Part shown: positions 10,939-21,599 of the stretch, in pieces
How positions within the stretch are numbered: position 1 is the first letter of the stretch
Layout of the letters: each line of letters starts with the position of its first letter
Assembly (NCBI GenBank): GCA_963826525.1
Contig: CAWGXH010000004.1
Span: 1,472,001-1,536,000, forward strand
DNA: 64,000 nucleotides
Source of the DNA: an uncultured Methanomicrobiaceae archaeon
GTDB lineage: Archaea; Halobacteriota; Methanomicrobia; Methanomicrobiales; Methanoculleaceae
Reading direction: 5' to 3'
Program-made: the position numbers and the translations under genes
Notes under the pieces: generated by a model
Told to the model about the DNA's origin: nothing
The model's input: the letters and a program-made list of their open reading frames with translations, nothing else
Database searches by the model: none

Positions 10939-12639
10939 TCACCACTCCAGCAGCTTGGCAAGCGGGTAAGTATTGAGAATATCGGGAGCCGTGCACCATC
11001 CCCGCCGTGCGAGCGTGATGCCGTAGTGCATATTGGAAAACTCCGGCGTCCTGTGGCTATCTGTTCCTACTGCCAGTTTCACTCCTTTTTCCTTGGCTTG
11101 TCTGATATAAATATCATCCAGATCGAGTCGGTGCGGGGAGGCGTTGATCTCGAGTGCCGTCCCCACCTCCGCCGCCCGTTCGATCACCCGCGCAAGGTCG
11201 ACCGCGTAGGGCGGTCTCCGACCGAGGAGCCTGCCGGTCGGATGGCCGATGATATCGACGTGCTCGTTCTCGACCGCCGAGAGGATGCGTCGGGTAATCT
11301 GATCCTCCTCCTGCTTGAAACCCGAGTGGACCGAGGCGATCACGAGGTCGAGATCGGCGAGTATTTTCCCGGCAAGGCCGAGGGATCCGTCGCCCATGAT
11401 ATCTACCTCGACGCCGGAGAGGAGCGTGCAGGTGTGCCCCCTGTTGGTATGCTCGATCTCGCTCTGCTGCCTCTGCAGGGCGTCGGTGCCGAGTCCGTGG
11501 GCGACGCCGAGGCTCGAGGAGTGATCGGTGATGAGGATATACTCGTAGCCGAGTTGGTCGCCGCGGGATGCGATATCTTCGAGCGTCTGGCGCCCGTCGC
11601 TCCATACCGTATGGCAGTGCAGATCGCCCCGCACGTCCGGGAGATCGACGAGGGCGGGGAGCGCATCCGTGAGAGCGAGCTCGACCTCCCCCCTGTCCTC
11701 GCGGATCTCGGGGGGGATGTACCGCATCCCGAGCGCCCGGAAGAGATCGCCTTCGTCCGCGAAGGCCTGCAGCCCCCCCGAGTTCCGCTCCTCAAGACCG
11801 TACTCGTTCAGGGTGTACCCTCCGGCATTGGCAACCGCCCGTATCCTGATATTGAAGGCCTTCGACCCGGTCAGGTAGACGAGCATCGCCCCGTAGACAT
11901 CGGGGGTGGTATATCGGATATCCACCCGCCTGCCCCTGACGCGAAGCGACGTCTTTCTGCTGCCGTCATCGATCACCTCATCGGCAACGGCCGTAAGCCG
12001 GGGTCTGACGACATCCCGGCTTTCCAGCGTCACGATATCGATATCGCCGACGGTGGAAAGCCCGCGGCGGTAGCTTCCGGCGACGGTGAAGGTGTCCGGG
12101 AGAAGCACGCTCGTAACGATACGGACGATCGCATCTGCTTCCGCCCGGTTCATGCGCTCGTCCTTCTGCCGGAAACGGCTGACCGCACGGAGCATATTCT
12201 CCTCCTTCTTCGCTCCGAATCCCTTCAACGCCCGAATCCGGTGGTTCCTCGCAGCCCTGTCCAGGTCATCGATGCTCAGAATGCCGAGTTTCTTCCAGAG
12301 GACGTTGATGGTCTTCGGGCCGACGCCGTCGAGCTCCAGAAGTTCGATAAGCGTGCCCGGGATCTCCGCCCGGAGTTCCTCGAGCTCGCGGAATGTTCCG
12401 GTCTCTTCGATCTCTTTGATCTTCCGGGCGATCTGGCGCCCGATACCCCGAAGCGCAATGAGTTCCTCTTCGTCTCTTCCTGCCACGGATTCGCTCTGCC
12501 GCTCGATCTCCTGGGCCGCCCGGTAGTATGCCCTGACCTTGAATGGGTCGTCCCCGGAGATCTCGAGAAGCTGACCCATAAAGGTGAGAATCCCGGCAAC
12601 ATCCCGGTTCGTGACCTGCTGCGGATCGGAGCGCTCCAT
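10939..12639 (-). CDS. polX: Family X DNA polymerase with PHP domain
   Basis: HhH GIG/GVG motifs, AGSYRR...GDIDI, TGSK.FN, and PHP motifs HCHT.WSDG, TDHS, HPTGR, TDSH. Confidence 0.95.
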   Translation of the reverse strand: MERSDPQQVTNRDVAGILTFMGQLLEISGDDPFKVRAYYRAAQEIERQSESVAGRDEEELIALRGIGRQIARKIKEIEETGTFRELEELRAEIPGTLIELLELDGVGPKTINVLWKKLGILSIDDLDRAARNHRIRALKGFGAKKEENMLRAVSRFRQKDERMNRAEADAIVRIVTSVLLPDTFTVAGSYRRGLSTVGDIDIVTLESRDVVRPRLTAVADEVIDDGSRKTSLRVRGRRVDIRYTTPDVYGAMLVYLTGSKAFNIRIRAVANAGGYTLNEYGLEERNSGGLQAFADEGDLFRALGMRYIPPEIREDRGEVELALTDALPALVDLPDVRGDLHCHTVWSDGRQTLEDIASRGDQLGYEYILITDHSSSLGVAHGLGTDALQRQQSEIEHTNRGHTCTLLSGVEVDIMGDGSLGLAGKILADLDLVIASVHSGFKQEEDQITRRILSAVENEHVDIIGHPTGRLLGRRPPYAVDLARVIERAAEVGTALEINASPHRLDLDDIYIRQAKEKGVKLAVGTDSHRTPEFSNMHYGITLARRGWCTAPDILNTYPLAKLLEW

Positions 12640-12813
12640 GCATAACAATCATCAGAAGGTGTATATAGTCGTTCACGGCGAAGAGGGGAGGTTCGCATCT
12701 CCGGTATGCCCGCTTCTCCCGGATCGCATCCCGGCACCGAACGTTGCCCTCTCCCGCCGGGCGCATGTCTGCATCCAAATCCATAACATCGTTGACGACG
12801 AAAAAATGAGAGA

Positions 12814-13443
12814 ATGCACCCCTCGACCTGCGAAGACTACCTTGAGGCGATCCACAATGCCGCACTGGGGAATCAGCGCCCGGTCACATTCGCCGAGATA
12901 GCGGAGGCGCTCGATGCCGATCAAGCGGCCGTCGAGGCAACAATTCCGGCACTGGTCGAGGAAGGCTATCTTCTCCTGCACGGGGATGGCGAAGTCCTGC
13001 TGACCGAGAAGGGCATGCACCGTGCGGCGAAGGTGGTCAGAAAACACAGCGTCCTGCAGTGTTTCCTAACCGAGATGCTCGGGATCGACACCGATGCTGC
13101 CTCACGGGAAGCGTGCACGCTCGAGCACGAGATCTCCGACGAGACGATCGATCGCCTCTCTTCGTATATCGACTGCCGGAAACCGGGTCATGGACCCCGG
13201 CGGCGGTGCGGCCGGGTGGCGGCATCGCTCCTTGACTTCGACGAAGGAGATACCCTCCGGGTCACCATGCTCAAAAGGCCCGGGTGCAATCGCCGGCTGA
13301 TGGATCTCGGCATCCTTCCCGGCGAAGTTATCGAGCTTCGGAGAAAGCTCCCGAACCGGTCGGTCATGGTGCGGGTAAAAGGGTGCGATATCGCCATCAG
13401 CCCTGAGATTGCCGCATCGATCTTCGTGGAGCCGTGCCGATGA
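12814..13443 (+). CDS. DtxR/MntR-family metal-dependent regulator with C-terminal FeoA domain
   Basis: EDYLEAI, RKH, EAC.LEH.IS and RRLMDLGILPG (FeoA). Confidence 0.9.
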   Translation: MHPSTCEDYLEAIHNAALGNQRPVTFAEIAEALDADQAAVEATIPALVEEGYLLLHGDGEVLLTEKGMHRAAKVVRKHSVLQCFLTEMLGIDTDAASREACTLEHEISDETIDRLSSYIDCRKPGHGPRRRCGRVAASLLDFDEGDTLRVTMLKRPGCNRRLMDLGILPGEVIELRRKLPNRSVMVRVKGCDIAISPEIAASIFVEPCR

Positions 13444-15293
13444 AGGCCGCCCTTCTCGGCAACCCCGGCGTGGGGAAATCCCTGATCTTCAACCAGCTGA
13501 CGGGGCTTGGCGTGGAGGTGAGCAACTACCCGGGAACGACGGTGGAACTCCAGCGGGGCAATACCTGCTACCGGCGCGAGATCATCGAACTCATCGACCT
13601 CCCGGGAGTATACTCGCTCGACGGCACCTCCGACGAAGAACTTCTGGTGCAGCGGTTCCTCGGGCAGGATGGAGCCGACGTGATCATCGCCGTGCTGAAC
13701 GTCACCCGGCTCGAAAGAAATCTGTACCTGCTCCTGCAGGTTGCCGAGTACGGCCTGCCGATGATCGTCGTCCTGAATATGATCGACGAGGCGGCAGACC
13801 GGGGCTTTGAGGTCGATGCCGCGGCACTCCGGGATATCCTCGGGGTCGAGGTGCTGCTGACATCCGCTCTCGAAGGAAAGAACATCGACCGGATCGTCCC
13901 GTCCGCACTCTCCGACGCACGGCCGTCGACCGTAGAGGTTCCCTACGACCACCATATCGAAGCGGCCGTCCGGAGCCTTGCCAAGATGCTCGGCGCTGAG
14001 AGGGTCGAGAGCATGCAGGCGCTCGAAGGGATCGGCGACGATCCCGATCTCCTGGAAGCGGCGAAGACGATCGCCGATGAGATCGAGAGCCGTCACCGGA
14101 TGACCATCCCCCAGATCATCGCGGCCAACCGGCATAACTTCGCCCGGCAGATTGCGGATGCCATCACCGTGAAGGTCGAAGAGCCCGCGCCGGTCTTCGA
14201 CCTCGACCGTATCTTCACCCGGGTCGTCCCAGGCATCCCCGTGCTGATCGGGATCCTGCTCTCCATGCTCATCACCGTCTTCGTCGTCGGCAGCTGGATT
14301 GAAGAACTGATCGTCACCCTCTTCGAGACCTGGGTGATAACGCCCTTCATCGGCCTTGCCCTTCCGCCGTTCATCGAGACAATCGGTCTCTCGATCCTGC
14401 TTGCGCTCCAGGCAGGGTTCGGGATTGCGTTCCCGTATATCCTGCTCTTCTACATATTCATCTCGATCCTCGAGGACTCCGGGTACATGACCCGGGCGGC
14501 ATTCCTCGCCGATAAAGCGATGCACCGGGTCGGGATGCACGGGGGAGCGATCATCCCGATGACGCTTGCCTTCGGCTGCACCGTGCCCGCCGTAATGAGT
14601 ATACGGACGCTCAGGAGCAGGCGCGAGAGGATGATTGCGGCCTTTCTCGTCACCATGGTGCCCTGTTCGGCACGAACGGTCATTATTGCGGGTATCGTAT
14701 CGAGTTTCGTCGGGATCGGGGCTGCATTCAGCATCTACGGCATCGTCTTTACGCTGATTCTCATCACCGGTCTTCTGCTCTCCCGGGTGACGCCGGGCGA
14801 GCGGTTCGGGATGATCATGGAGATGGCTCCGCTCCGCCGGCCCGACCCGAACCTGGTGCTGAAGAAATCCTGGTCGCGTCTCTCCGAGTTTCTCTTCATC
14901 GCCATGCCGCTGCTGCTCATCGGCAGTGTCTTCCTCGGGCTGTTTGAGTTCTTCGGCCTGATGAACTCCTTCGCGGCGCTTGTCGCTCCCATCATGGAGG
15001 GTCTTTTAGGCCTTCCCGGGTATACTGCGACGGCGCTCATCTTCGGAATCCTTCGAAAGGAGATGGCATTCGAGACACTTGCGATCCTCGCCGGGACTGC
15101 CGATCTCGGTGCGGTGCTGACCGGCCTGCAACTCTACGTCTTTGCCATCGTCACGGTGCTCTTCGTTCCCTGCCTCTCCACGATCACCGTCCTTCACCGG
15201 GAGGTCGGGTCGAGGATAACCCTTGCGGTGACCCTGTACACGGTCTCGCTCGGGCTCATCGTCGGAGCACTTATAAATCTGGTCCTCGCGTAA
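13440..15293 (+). CDS. feoB: Ferrous iron transporter B
   Basis: GNPGVGKS, NYPGTTVE, DLPG, NMID and membrane gate motifs GC.VP and PCSAR. The ATG overlaps the upstream stop. Confidence 0.95.
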   Translation: MKAALLGNPGVGKSLIFNQLTGLGVEVSNYPGTTVELQRGNTCYRREIIELIDLPGVYSLDGTSDEELLVQRFLGQDGADVIIAVLNVTRLERNLYLLLQVAEYGLPMIVVLNMIDEAADRGFEVDAAALRDILGVEVLLTSALEGKNIDRIVPSALSDARPSTVEVPYDHHIEAAVRSLAKMLGAERVESMQALEGIGDDPDLLEAAKTIADEIESRHRMTIPQIIAANRHNFARQIADAITVKVEEPAPVFDLDRIFTRVVPGIPVLIGILLSMLITVFVVGSWIEELIVTLFETWVITPFIGLALPPFIETIGLSILLALQAGFGIAFPYILLFYIFISILEDSGYMTRAAFLADKAMHRVGMHGGAIIPMTLAFGCTVPAVMSIRTLRSRRERMIAAFLVTMVPCSARTVIIAGIVSSFVGIGAAFSIYGIVFTLILITGLLLSRVTPGERFGMIMEMAPLRRPDPNLVLKKSWSRLSEFLFIAMPLLLIGSVFLGLFEFFGLMNSFAALVAPIMEGLLGLPGYTATALIFGILRKEMAFETLAILAGTADLGAVLTGLQLYVFAIVTVLFVPCLSTITVLHREVGSRITLAVTLYTVSLGLIVGALINLVLA

Positions 15294-15310
15294 GATCTGT
15301 ACAAGAATCA

Positions 15311-16027
15311 ATGTACCGCTATACGACGGGCATCCCGGTGGTGGACAACAACTTCCAGGGGCTCAAGGCAACCGGCAACATCCTCATTCTAGCCCCCCCG
15401 CTCTCCTACGCCGAGCAGATAGCATACCGGCTCGCATGCCCGGCGGAAGGGGAATGGACGATCGTCATGTCGACCGACGAGCGGGCAAGCGATGTTGTTA
15501 CGGACCTAAAGCGGCAGGGGGCGGATAAAAACCGGATCGGCGTCATCGATGCCATCACGAAGTGTTCCGTCCCGACCATCTCCGATACCTCCCGGGTGAA
15601 GTTTGTCACAAGCCCCATGGACCTCACCGGGATGGGGATCAAGTTCTCAAAGATGGCCGAGGATATGTGGAAGGAGAGCGTGACCATGGAGCCTCCCGGG
15701 CCGATGCCTCCGCCGATCCGGTTCTGCATCAACTCGGTCTCGACACTGCTCATGTACTTCCGCCTCGAGGTGACCTACCGGTTCCTCCACGTCATTACAA
15801 ACCGCGTGAAGAAACTCGAGGGGCTCGGGATATACCTCCTGAACAACGAGTCGTTCGACGACAAGACGCTCTCCACCATCAAGCAGCTGATGACCCTGAT
15901 CCTTGAGGTGAAGACCGTCGATGTCGGGATGGCGAACCAGTGGTACTTCAGGATCATCGGGATCAACGGGACGACCACGCAGTGGATCCAGTATCATATC
16001 GTGGACGGGCAACTCGTCTTCATATAG
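15311..16027 (+). CDS. KaiC/RAD55-like RecA-fold protein with degenerate Walker motifs
   Basis: YTTGIP..D, ILILAPPLSY in place of GxxGxGKT, SPMDLTGMGIK and NSVSTLLMY. Confidence 0.75.
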   Translation: MYRYTTGIPVVDNNFQGLKATGNILILAPPLSYAEQIAYRLACPAEGEWTIVMSTDERASDVVTDLKRQGADKNRIGVIDAITKCSVPTISDTSRVKFVTSPMDLTGMGIKFSKMAEDMWKESVTMEPPGPMPPPIRFCINSVSTLLMYFRLEVTYRFLHVITNRVKKLEGLGIYLLNNESFDDKTLSTIKQLMTLILEVKTVDVGMANQWYFRIIGINGTTTQWIQYHIVDGQLVFI

Positions 16028-16104
16028 AAATGCCGTGCAGGGAGATCGGTGAGTGAATGCTTCCGGTGATGGCGATCTCCTGATGGATAATCGAAGGTGA
16101 ACAG

Positions 16105-16857
16105 ATGCTGACGTTTGTGGGTCTTGGACTCTTTGATCTTAAGGATATCTCCCTGAAAGGGCTCGATGCCGTCCGGAAAGCGGATGCTGTCTTTCTTGAA
16201 GCGTATACCTCCCGGATGATGGGCTCGGGCGTTCCCGAGATGGAAGAGGTCTTTGGAAAAGAGATTGTCCTTCTCGGGCGGGATGATGTGGAACAGCACC
16301 CGGATGAGGTGATCCGCCGGGCCCGGGACGGCGATGTGGTCTTCCTCACCGGCGGCGACCCGATGGTCTCGACGACCCATGCGGATCTCAGAATCCGCGC
16401 GGCCGAGATGGGCGTTGCGACGTCGATCATCCACGCCTCGTCCATCTCGAGCGCCGTCTGCGGACTTTCCGGGCTGCAGAACTACCGGTTCGGAAAATCC
16501 TGTTCAATTCCGTTCCCGGCGAAAGGCTGGTTTCCGACGACCCCGCTTCAGACAATCCGCCAGAACCTCGACCTCAATCTGCATACGCTGGTGTACCTCG
16601 ATATCCAGCCTGACCGGTATATGCAGGTAGGGGAGGCGATAGCGATCATCGAGCGGATGGCAGAGACCCTGGAAACTCCTGCTCCGTCGCTGTACGTCGG
16701 GATCGCGCGGGCAGGCTCGGAGCACCCGCGGGTGGCGGCGGGAACGGGCGATCTGCTCAAAGCGGTGGACTTCGGACCGCCGCTCCATATCCTGATCGTA
16801 CCGGCCGACCTTCACCCGGTGGAGCACGAATACCTCCGGATCTTCGCGCGACTATGA
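16105..16857 (+). CDS. dph5: Diphthine synthase
   Basis: [40 protein letters not shown] and FGPPLH motifs. Confidence 0.95.
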   Translation: MLTFVGLGLFDLKDISLKGLDAVRKADAVFLEAYTSRMMGSGVPEMEEVFGKEIVLLGRDDVEQHPDEVIRRARDGDVVFLTGGDPMVSTTHADLRIRAAEMGVATSIIHASSISSAVCGLSGLQNYRFGKSCSIPFPAKGWFPTTPLQTIRQNLDLNLHTLVYLDIQPDRYMQVGEAIAIIERMAETLETPAPSLYVGIARAGSEHPRVAAGTGDLLKAVDFGPPLHILIVPADLHPVEHEYLRIFARL

Positions 16858-17429
16858 AATTATCGGTATTTGGGGAGCGGTATTGCCATCGGGTGGCGGG
16901 GGCGTGCCCGACCCCTCCCGAAGCGAGCATGCTGCGTGGGGTCGCCGGAGAGGTTCTGGAGATGGCCGCCGCCTACGGGAGTGACGGGTGCACCTTCCTT
17001 TGCACCGGTGACCGGGTGAATGCGCTGGCAAGTTTCACCTACGGGCTCGGGTGGCTCGATGCCGGCTGCGCTCTCGGGCTCATCCGGTCTGCCGGGAGCG
17101 AACGACTGCACCCCGGCAGCATCTCCGATCCGATCCCGGAAGCGCTGGCTGAGCACCTCCACGAGAAGACGGCCCGGTACGAGCGTATGCTCGCAGAAGC
17201 GATCTCCGCCGTCGAGGTGGGGCCCGATCGGGCAAGCCCGCTCTTTGGGGCGGCGGAGACGTTTGTCGCGGAAGCAAGCCGGGGGCACCTCTTCGGGAAC
17301 CTGCACCTGCGGGACGGCGAGTACGCGACTGCGCTTGCTCTCTTCAGTTACGGGTATGGCTGGCTCGATGCCGGCGTCCGTGCAGGTCTGCTCCGGATCA
17401 CCGGGCGACGAGGTCTCTTCACCGTCTAG
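16854..17429 (+). CDS. DUF357 family protein (two tandem copies of the domain)
   Basis: YGLGWLDAG and YGYGWLDAG repeats. Overlaps the dph5 stop, a typical archaeal pairing. Confidence 0.8.
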   Translation: MKLSVFGERYCHRVAGACPTPPEASMLRGVAGEVLEMAAAYGSDGCTFLCTGDRVNALASFTYGLGWLDAGCALGLIRSAGSERLHPGSISDPIPEALAEHLHEKTARYERMLAEAISAVEVGPDRASPLFGAAETFVAEASRGHLFGNLHLRDGEYATALALFSYGYGWLDAGVRAGLLRITGRRGLFTV

Positions 17430-17682
17430 GAATGGGGCGGCTCCTCCGGTTTCGACACGTGCCCGGAACCGTGCTCCGACCGGATGATGCGTATCTCCGA
17501 CAGAGGTGCAGCCCCGTTCGAAAGGTGCGTACCGGGCGACGAAAACAGCGTTAAATAGTATCCGGAAGATACCATAATGGTTCAGCCTCTGATTATTCTG
17601 GTTGTACCCCCCGGCGTCAGCGGTAACCTGATCCCGTCCCCGCGGCTCACGATTCGGTCGGCGGTGTTCTGGAGCGTAGTAC

Positions 17683-18714
17683 ATGAAAAAGTCTCAGTGG
17701 AAGTGGCTCCTGGTCTCGGTCAGTTTCAGCACGCTCGTACTTATCCTAGTTCTCTACTTCACCGTCGACGAGACGACCCTTGAATACCTCAAGCAGGTTA
17801 ACCCCCGTTATCTCATCCTCGCGCTGCTGTTGCACGTCGGCGCCCTTGGTTTCTGGGCGCTCCGCATCCAGAAGATGACCGGGTCGCTCGGCTATCATGT
17901 CCGGTTCGGGCATTGCCTCAACCTGGTCTTCGCCAACCTGCTGGTTGCGTCGATCACACCGTCGCAGGCGGGCGGCGAACCGGTGCGGATTCACGAACTT
18001 TACCGTGCCGACGTGAAACTCGGCGATGCAACCGCCGTCGTCATCATGGAACGCGTGCTCGACGGCATCGTCCTCGGTGCGGCCGGTGCATTCGCGATGC
18101 TCTTCCTCGGGGGTTACTGGAGCAGCCTTGCTGCCGGTGTCAGCATCCTGATGTATGCGGCGTGGGGCTTCATCACGCTCTTCGTGCTCGTCTTCGTCTT
18201 CTCCGTAAAGAACCCCGACCACCTGAAACGCTTTTTAAGATGGATCTCGACGTGGATCGGGAGGAAATGGAAAATGAAGCGGCTTGAGAGCCTCCTCGCG
18301 ACGATCGACCGGGAGGTCGATAACTTCCACGAAAGTCTCGTGCGCTTCGTCAATCACGGAAAAGTAGGTCTCCTCTGGGGTTTCCTCTTCACCGGTCTCT
18401 TCTGGTCGGCGGAGTTCTTCATCGCATCCCTGCTTCTCCTCGGGCTCGGTCAGCCCCCCTTCTTCATCGAGTCGTTCGTCGTGCAGCTGATCATCGCGAT
18501 CATCATGATGCTTCCGCTCACCCCGGGCGGATCGGGGATCGCAGAGATCAGTGCCACGTCGCTCTACGGGCTCTTCGTGAACTCATCCATCGTCGGGGTC
18601 TTCGTCCTCCTCTGGAGGCTTATCCTGTACTACTTCAATATCGCCCTCGGCCTCCTTGCAAGCCTCTCGATCGTCCGGCGTGAGATCGTCGTGAGAACCG
18701 AGAAGGTACGATGA
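17683..18714 (+). CDS. Flippase-like / lysylphosphatidylglycerol synthase TM domain protein (UPF0104)
   Basis: TPSQAGGEP, ERVLD, TPGGSG.AE and LWR motifs; multi-TM. Confidence 0.9.
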   Translation: MKKSQWKWLLVSVSFSTLVLILVLYFTVDETTLEYLKQVNPRYLILALLLHVGALGFWALRIQKMTGSLGYHVRFGHCLNLVFANLLVASITPSQAGGEPVRIHELYRADVKLGDATAVVIMERVLDGIVLGAAGAFAMLFLGGYWSSLAAGVSILMYAAWGFITLFVLVFVFSVKNPDHLKRFLRWISTWIGRKWKMKRLESLLATIDREVDNFHESLVRFVNHGKVGLLWGFLFTGLFWSAEFFIASLLLLGLGQPPFFIESFVVQLIIAIIMMLPLTPGGSGIAEISATSLYGLFVNSSIVGVFVLLWRLILYYFNIALGLLASLSIVRREIVVRTEKVR

Positions 18715-18760
18715 TTCACCCCAAGTTTTAAACCCGATAAGGAGTATGTCAGGTGATCAC

Positions 18761-19207
18761 ATGTCTTCTCAGAGTTGCCACGTACAAGGGGTTTTCATGT
18801 CCGTCAGTGAGATGGGGGCCGCCCCGACGGTTGTGCTCGATGCTGACGGAAAAGGTACTATCCCGATCTACGTCGGGCTCTGGGAGGCTATCTCCATCAG
18901 CAACGCACTGAATATGGAGATGCTGCCTCGTCCCATCACGCACGATCTCATCATCGAGATGCTCAGAAGTTTCGGAATCTCGCTTGATGCCCTTCACATA
19001 GACTCGCTTGAGGAGGGCGTCTTCTATGCAAAACTCATTCTGAGGCAGGAGAGCCGGACAGAGGTGATGGACTGCCGGCCGAGCGACGGCATAGCGATTG
19101 CTCTGCGGTACGGGGCTCCCATTCTGATCGAGCCGGAGGTCATCCAGACGGCGTCGGTGAAGAAGGAAGAACTTCCGAAGATGGTCGATCTGAAAGAATA
19201 CCTCTGA
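18761..19207 (+). CDS. Bifunctional nuclease family (DUF151)
   Basis: IPIYVG..EA, PRPITHDL and DCRPSDGIAIALR motifs. Confidence 0.9.
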   Translation: MSSQSCHVQGVFMSVSEMGAAPTVVLDADGKGTIPIYVGLWEAISISNALNMEMLPRPITHDLIIEMLRSFGISLDALHIDSLEEGVFYAKLILRQESRTEVMDCRPSDGIAIALRYGAPILIEPEVIQTASVKKEELPKMVDLKEYL

Positions 19208-19301
19208 TCCGGACGAGAACTTCTGCGGGGCGGTCAACCGGGGGGCGGGAAAAATGGTGGCCCGCGGAAGGCCATGCGTCGTCTGCCGCGGAGCCGGGAG
19301 A

Positions 19302-19595
19302 TTATCTACGCCGCTCGGCAAGCTCGGCGAGTATCTCGTCGATATCGATATCCGATGCCCGCAGGGCCACGAGGAAGTGGAACAGCAGGTCGGCACCTTC
19401 GGATACGGTTCGTTCCCTGACCTGATTCTTTGCGGCGAGGATGAACTCCACCGCCTCTTCGCCTACCTTTTCGAGTGCTTTATCGACGCCCTTGCGGTGC
19501 GTCAGAATACTGCTGACATACGAGTCTTCGGTAGGGTTCTCTGCACGCTCACAGATAACCCCCCAGAGCTCGGCGAGCACGTCATACGTCTGCAT
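19302..19595 (-). CDS. hisE: Phosphoribosyl-ATP pyrophosphatase
   Basis: KVGEEAVE and EGADLLFH motifs. Confidence 0.95.
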   Translation of the reverse strand: MQTYDVLAELWGVICERAENPTEDSYVSSILTHRKGVDKALEKVGEEAVEFILAAKNQVRERTVSEGADLLFHFLVALRASDIDIDEILAELAERRR

Positions 19596-20028
19596 TCTCT
19601 TCCTCCCTTACCTGAATGTCGCCGAGTTCCCGTCCGAGGAACCGTGCTATGAGGAGCCGTGCTTTCTCTATCATGCATCCCCCTTTCCCGATGGCGATGC
19701 CGAGATCGCTTTTCCTGACAAATACGTCGGTGCGCCCTTCGGCGGCGGATTGCACCGCCAGAATCTCCGCCGGTTTGAATACGTTCTGTATGAATGCAAC
19801 GGGTTCCTGGGCGAACTCTACCATCTCTACCCGGCGCCCGAGGACTTTCTGCATCTTCTTGATATTTGCCCCCTTTCTGCCGATCGCAAGCCCCATGTCC
19901 CCTTCCCTGATGACATAAATGATGCGATCGAAGCGTTCGTCGATAATACAGTCAACGGCTGTAGCTTTTGTGAGAATCCGGAGCTCTTCGATATATCGTC
20001 TTTCTTTAAAGCATATCGTTCGATTCAT
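19582..20028 (-). CDS. nusA: Archaeal NusA-like transcription factor (two KH domains)
   Basis: GLAIGRKGANI and GIAIGKGG KH motifs. Confidence 0.9.
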   Translation of the reverse strand: MNRTICFKERRYIEELRILTKATAVDCIIDERFDRIIYVIREGDMGLAIGRKGANIKKMQKVLGRRVEMVEFAQEPVAFIQNVFKPAEILAVQSAAEGRTDVFVRKSDLGIAIGKGGCMIEKARLLIARFLGRELGDIQVREEENADV

Positions 20029-20129
20029 TGAATTAATCCCCAATGGGCATGGTGTGAGATCATATGGTCGCTGAGATGATAAATAGGGTAAGTACGGTGT
20101 ATGTTAAAACCGGATTGGGGCGCCAACCT

Positions 20130-21599
20130 TCAGCATTTCTGAAGGATGATCTTGATGGCCGCCCCTTCCCCCGGTTTTCCGGGAACACGATCTGCTGCCC
20201 AGACTCTGCCGCCGTACTGATCGACCAGTGTCTTGACGATATGGAGGCCGAGGCCGCGGCTCCCCGGCGTCTGTCTTCCTCCTCGCGTGAAACGGTCAAA
20301 GATGTTCGGTTTTAGGGGATCGGGGATGCCGATGCCGTTGTCCGCAACGGTGAGGGTTACAATCTCTTCGGTCTCGAGAGCGGAGATCTCGATCACTACC
20401 TTCATTCCGCCGTACTTGATGCTGTTGCTGATCAGGTTGGAGATGATATGCTCGAGGAGCGGGTTAGCCCAGACGGTGCAGTTGCAGCCGTGGTAGCGTA
20501 TGTGAATTCCGCTATAGCGTCTGATCTGTTCCCGCATGAGTGCATCGAGATCGACGGGGCCAAGCGACGTCCGGTGCTGGTTGAGGGTATTGAGCAGCTC
20601 GACGTTCTTGATGATATTGATGTTCTGCTCGATGGTCGTCTTGACACGCTGCGCAAGTTCCTCCTCTTCGCCATCGAGCCGTTCCCGCAGCATTTCGATG
20701 ATCGTCGCGGCAACCATGCTCGTGTTGTAGATGTCGTTGCTCAGAAGGTCGAGGTACAGACTGGAGACCTGATTGGTCTCCTGCACCGTTCTTTCAAACC
20801 GCATGCGGTTTGAGATGTCGCGACTGACACCGGTTGCCGCGACGATTTTTCCCGATGTATCGTGGAGCGGATGAAGGGTTGTCTGGAATGCCCGCTCCTC
20901 GCCGTGCCACAAAAACCTCCTCTCCTGTGAGACGATCTGTCCGGTATCGATCACCTGCCGGGCGGCGGCCACAATATACTCGGCCTCCTCCTTCGGAAAC
21001 AGGGCATCCGGTCCTCTGCCGACGAGATCTCCGGGGTCGATGCCATATCTCCGGGCATCGTTCCACGAAAACTCGAGAAATGTCCCGTCACGGTGTATCG
21101 TAAAGAACATGTCGGGGAGAGAGTGTATCAGGGTCCGGATCTGTTCTTCAGAACGTCGGAGAGAGTTCTCTGCCGCCCGCTTCTCGGTTATGTCAAAGAG
21201 TGTCTCGACCGCCCCGATGCGTCTCCCGCTGCTGTTGTAGAGCGGACCTGCGGTGCACGCGACCTGTCTCCCGTTCGTTAAGGGAACACAGGATTCGGCA
21301 TATACCTGATCTCCGTTCCTGATAAGGTTTCGATACAACCCGTCGCCCGGGGTGCCCTGACCGAGTATTTCGTCGACCAGCATCGGGCGCCGCTCGCCGA
21401 AGAGGATCCGGCTGTGCTCAAACTCTCCCCTGCCGACGATATCCCGGGCGCGGACGCCGGTGAGGTCTTCCATGGTGTGGTTCCAGACAAGAACGTTTCC
21501 CTCAGTATCGAGCGCGAATGCCGGTCCCGGGATCTGATCGATGATGCCAATATCCATGCTGCCGTTCGTCATAATCTCCCTGATTCTCTGTTGATTCAT
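20130..21599 (-). CDS. PAS-PAS sensor histidine kinase-like protein (H-box His replaced by Asn)
   Basis: Two PAS domains ending DIT/DIS; NLISNSIKY, DNGIG and GLGL boxes; H-box reads LLSNDIYN. Confidence 0.85.
   Translation of the reverse strand: MNQQRIREIMTNGSMDIGIIDQIPGPAFALDTEGNVLVWNHTMEDLTGVRARDIVGRGEFEHSRILFGERRPMLVDEILGQGTPGDGLYRNLIRNGDQVYAESCVPLTNGRQVACTAGPLYNSSGRRIGAVETLFDITEKRAAENSLRRSEEQIRTLIHSLPDMFFTIHRDGTFLEFSWNDARRYGIDPGDLVGRGPDALFPKEEAEYIVAAARQVIDTGQIVSQERRFLWHGEERAFQTTLHPLHDTSGKIVAATGVSRDISNRMRFERTVQETNQVSSLYLDLLSNDIYNTSMVAATIIEMLRERLDGEEEELAQRVKTTIEQNINIIKNVELLNTLNQHRTSLGPVDLDALMREQIRRYSGIHIRYHGCNCTVWANPLLEHIISNLISNSIKYGGMKVVIEISALETEEIVTLTVADNGIGIPDPLKPNIFDRFTRGGRQTPGSRGLGLHIVKTLVDQYGGRVWAADRVPGKPGEGAAIKIILQKC

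Noticed and set aside
10483-12645. 720-aa plus-strand ORF (likewise 13188..14540, 29866..31059, 45895..46887)
   Set aside because: These are antisense shadows of GC-rich genes (polX, feoB, PQQ protein, cdc6) with no recognisable motifs.
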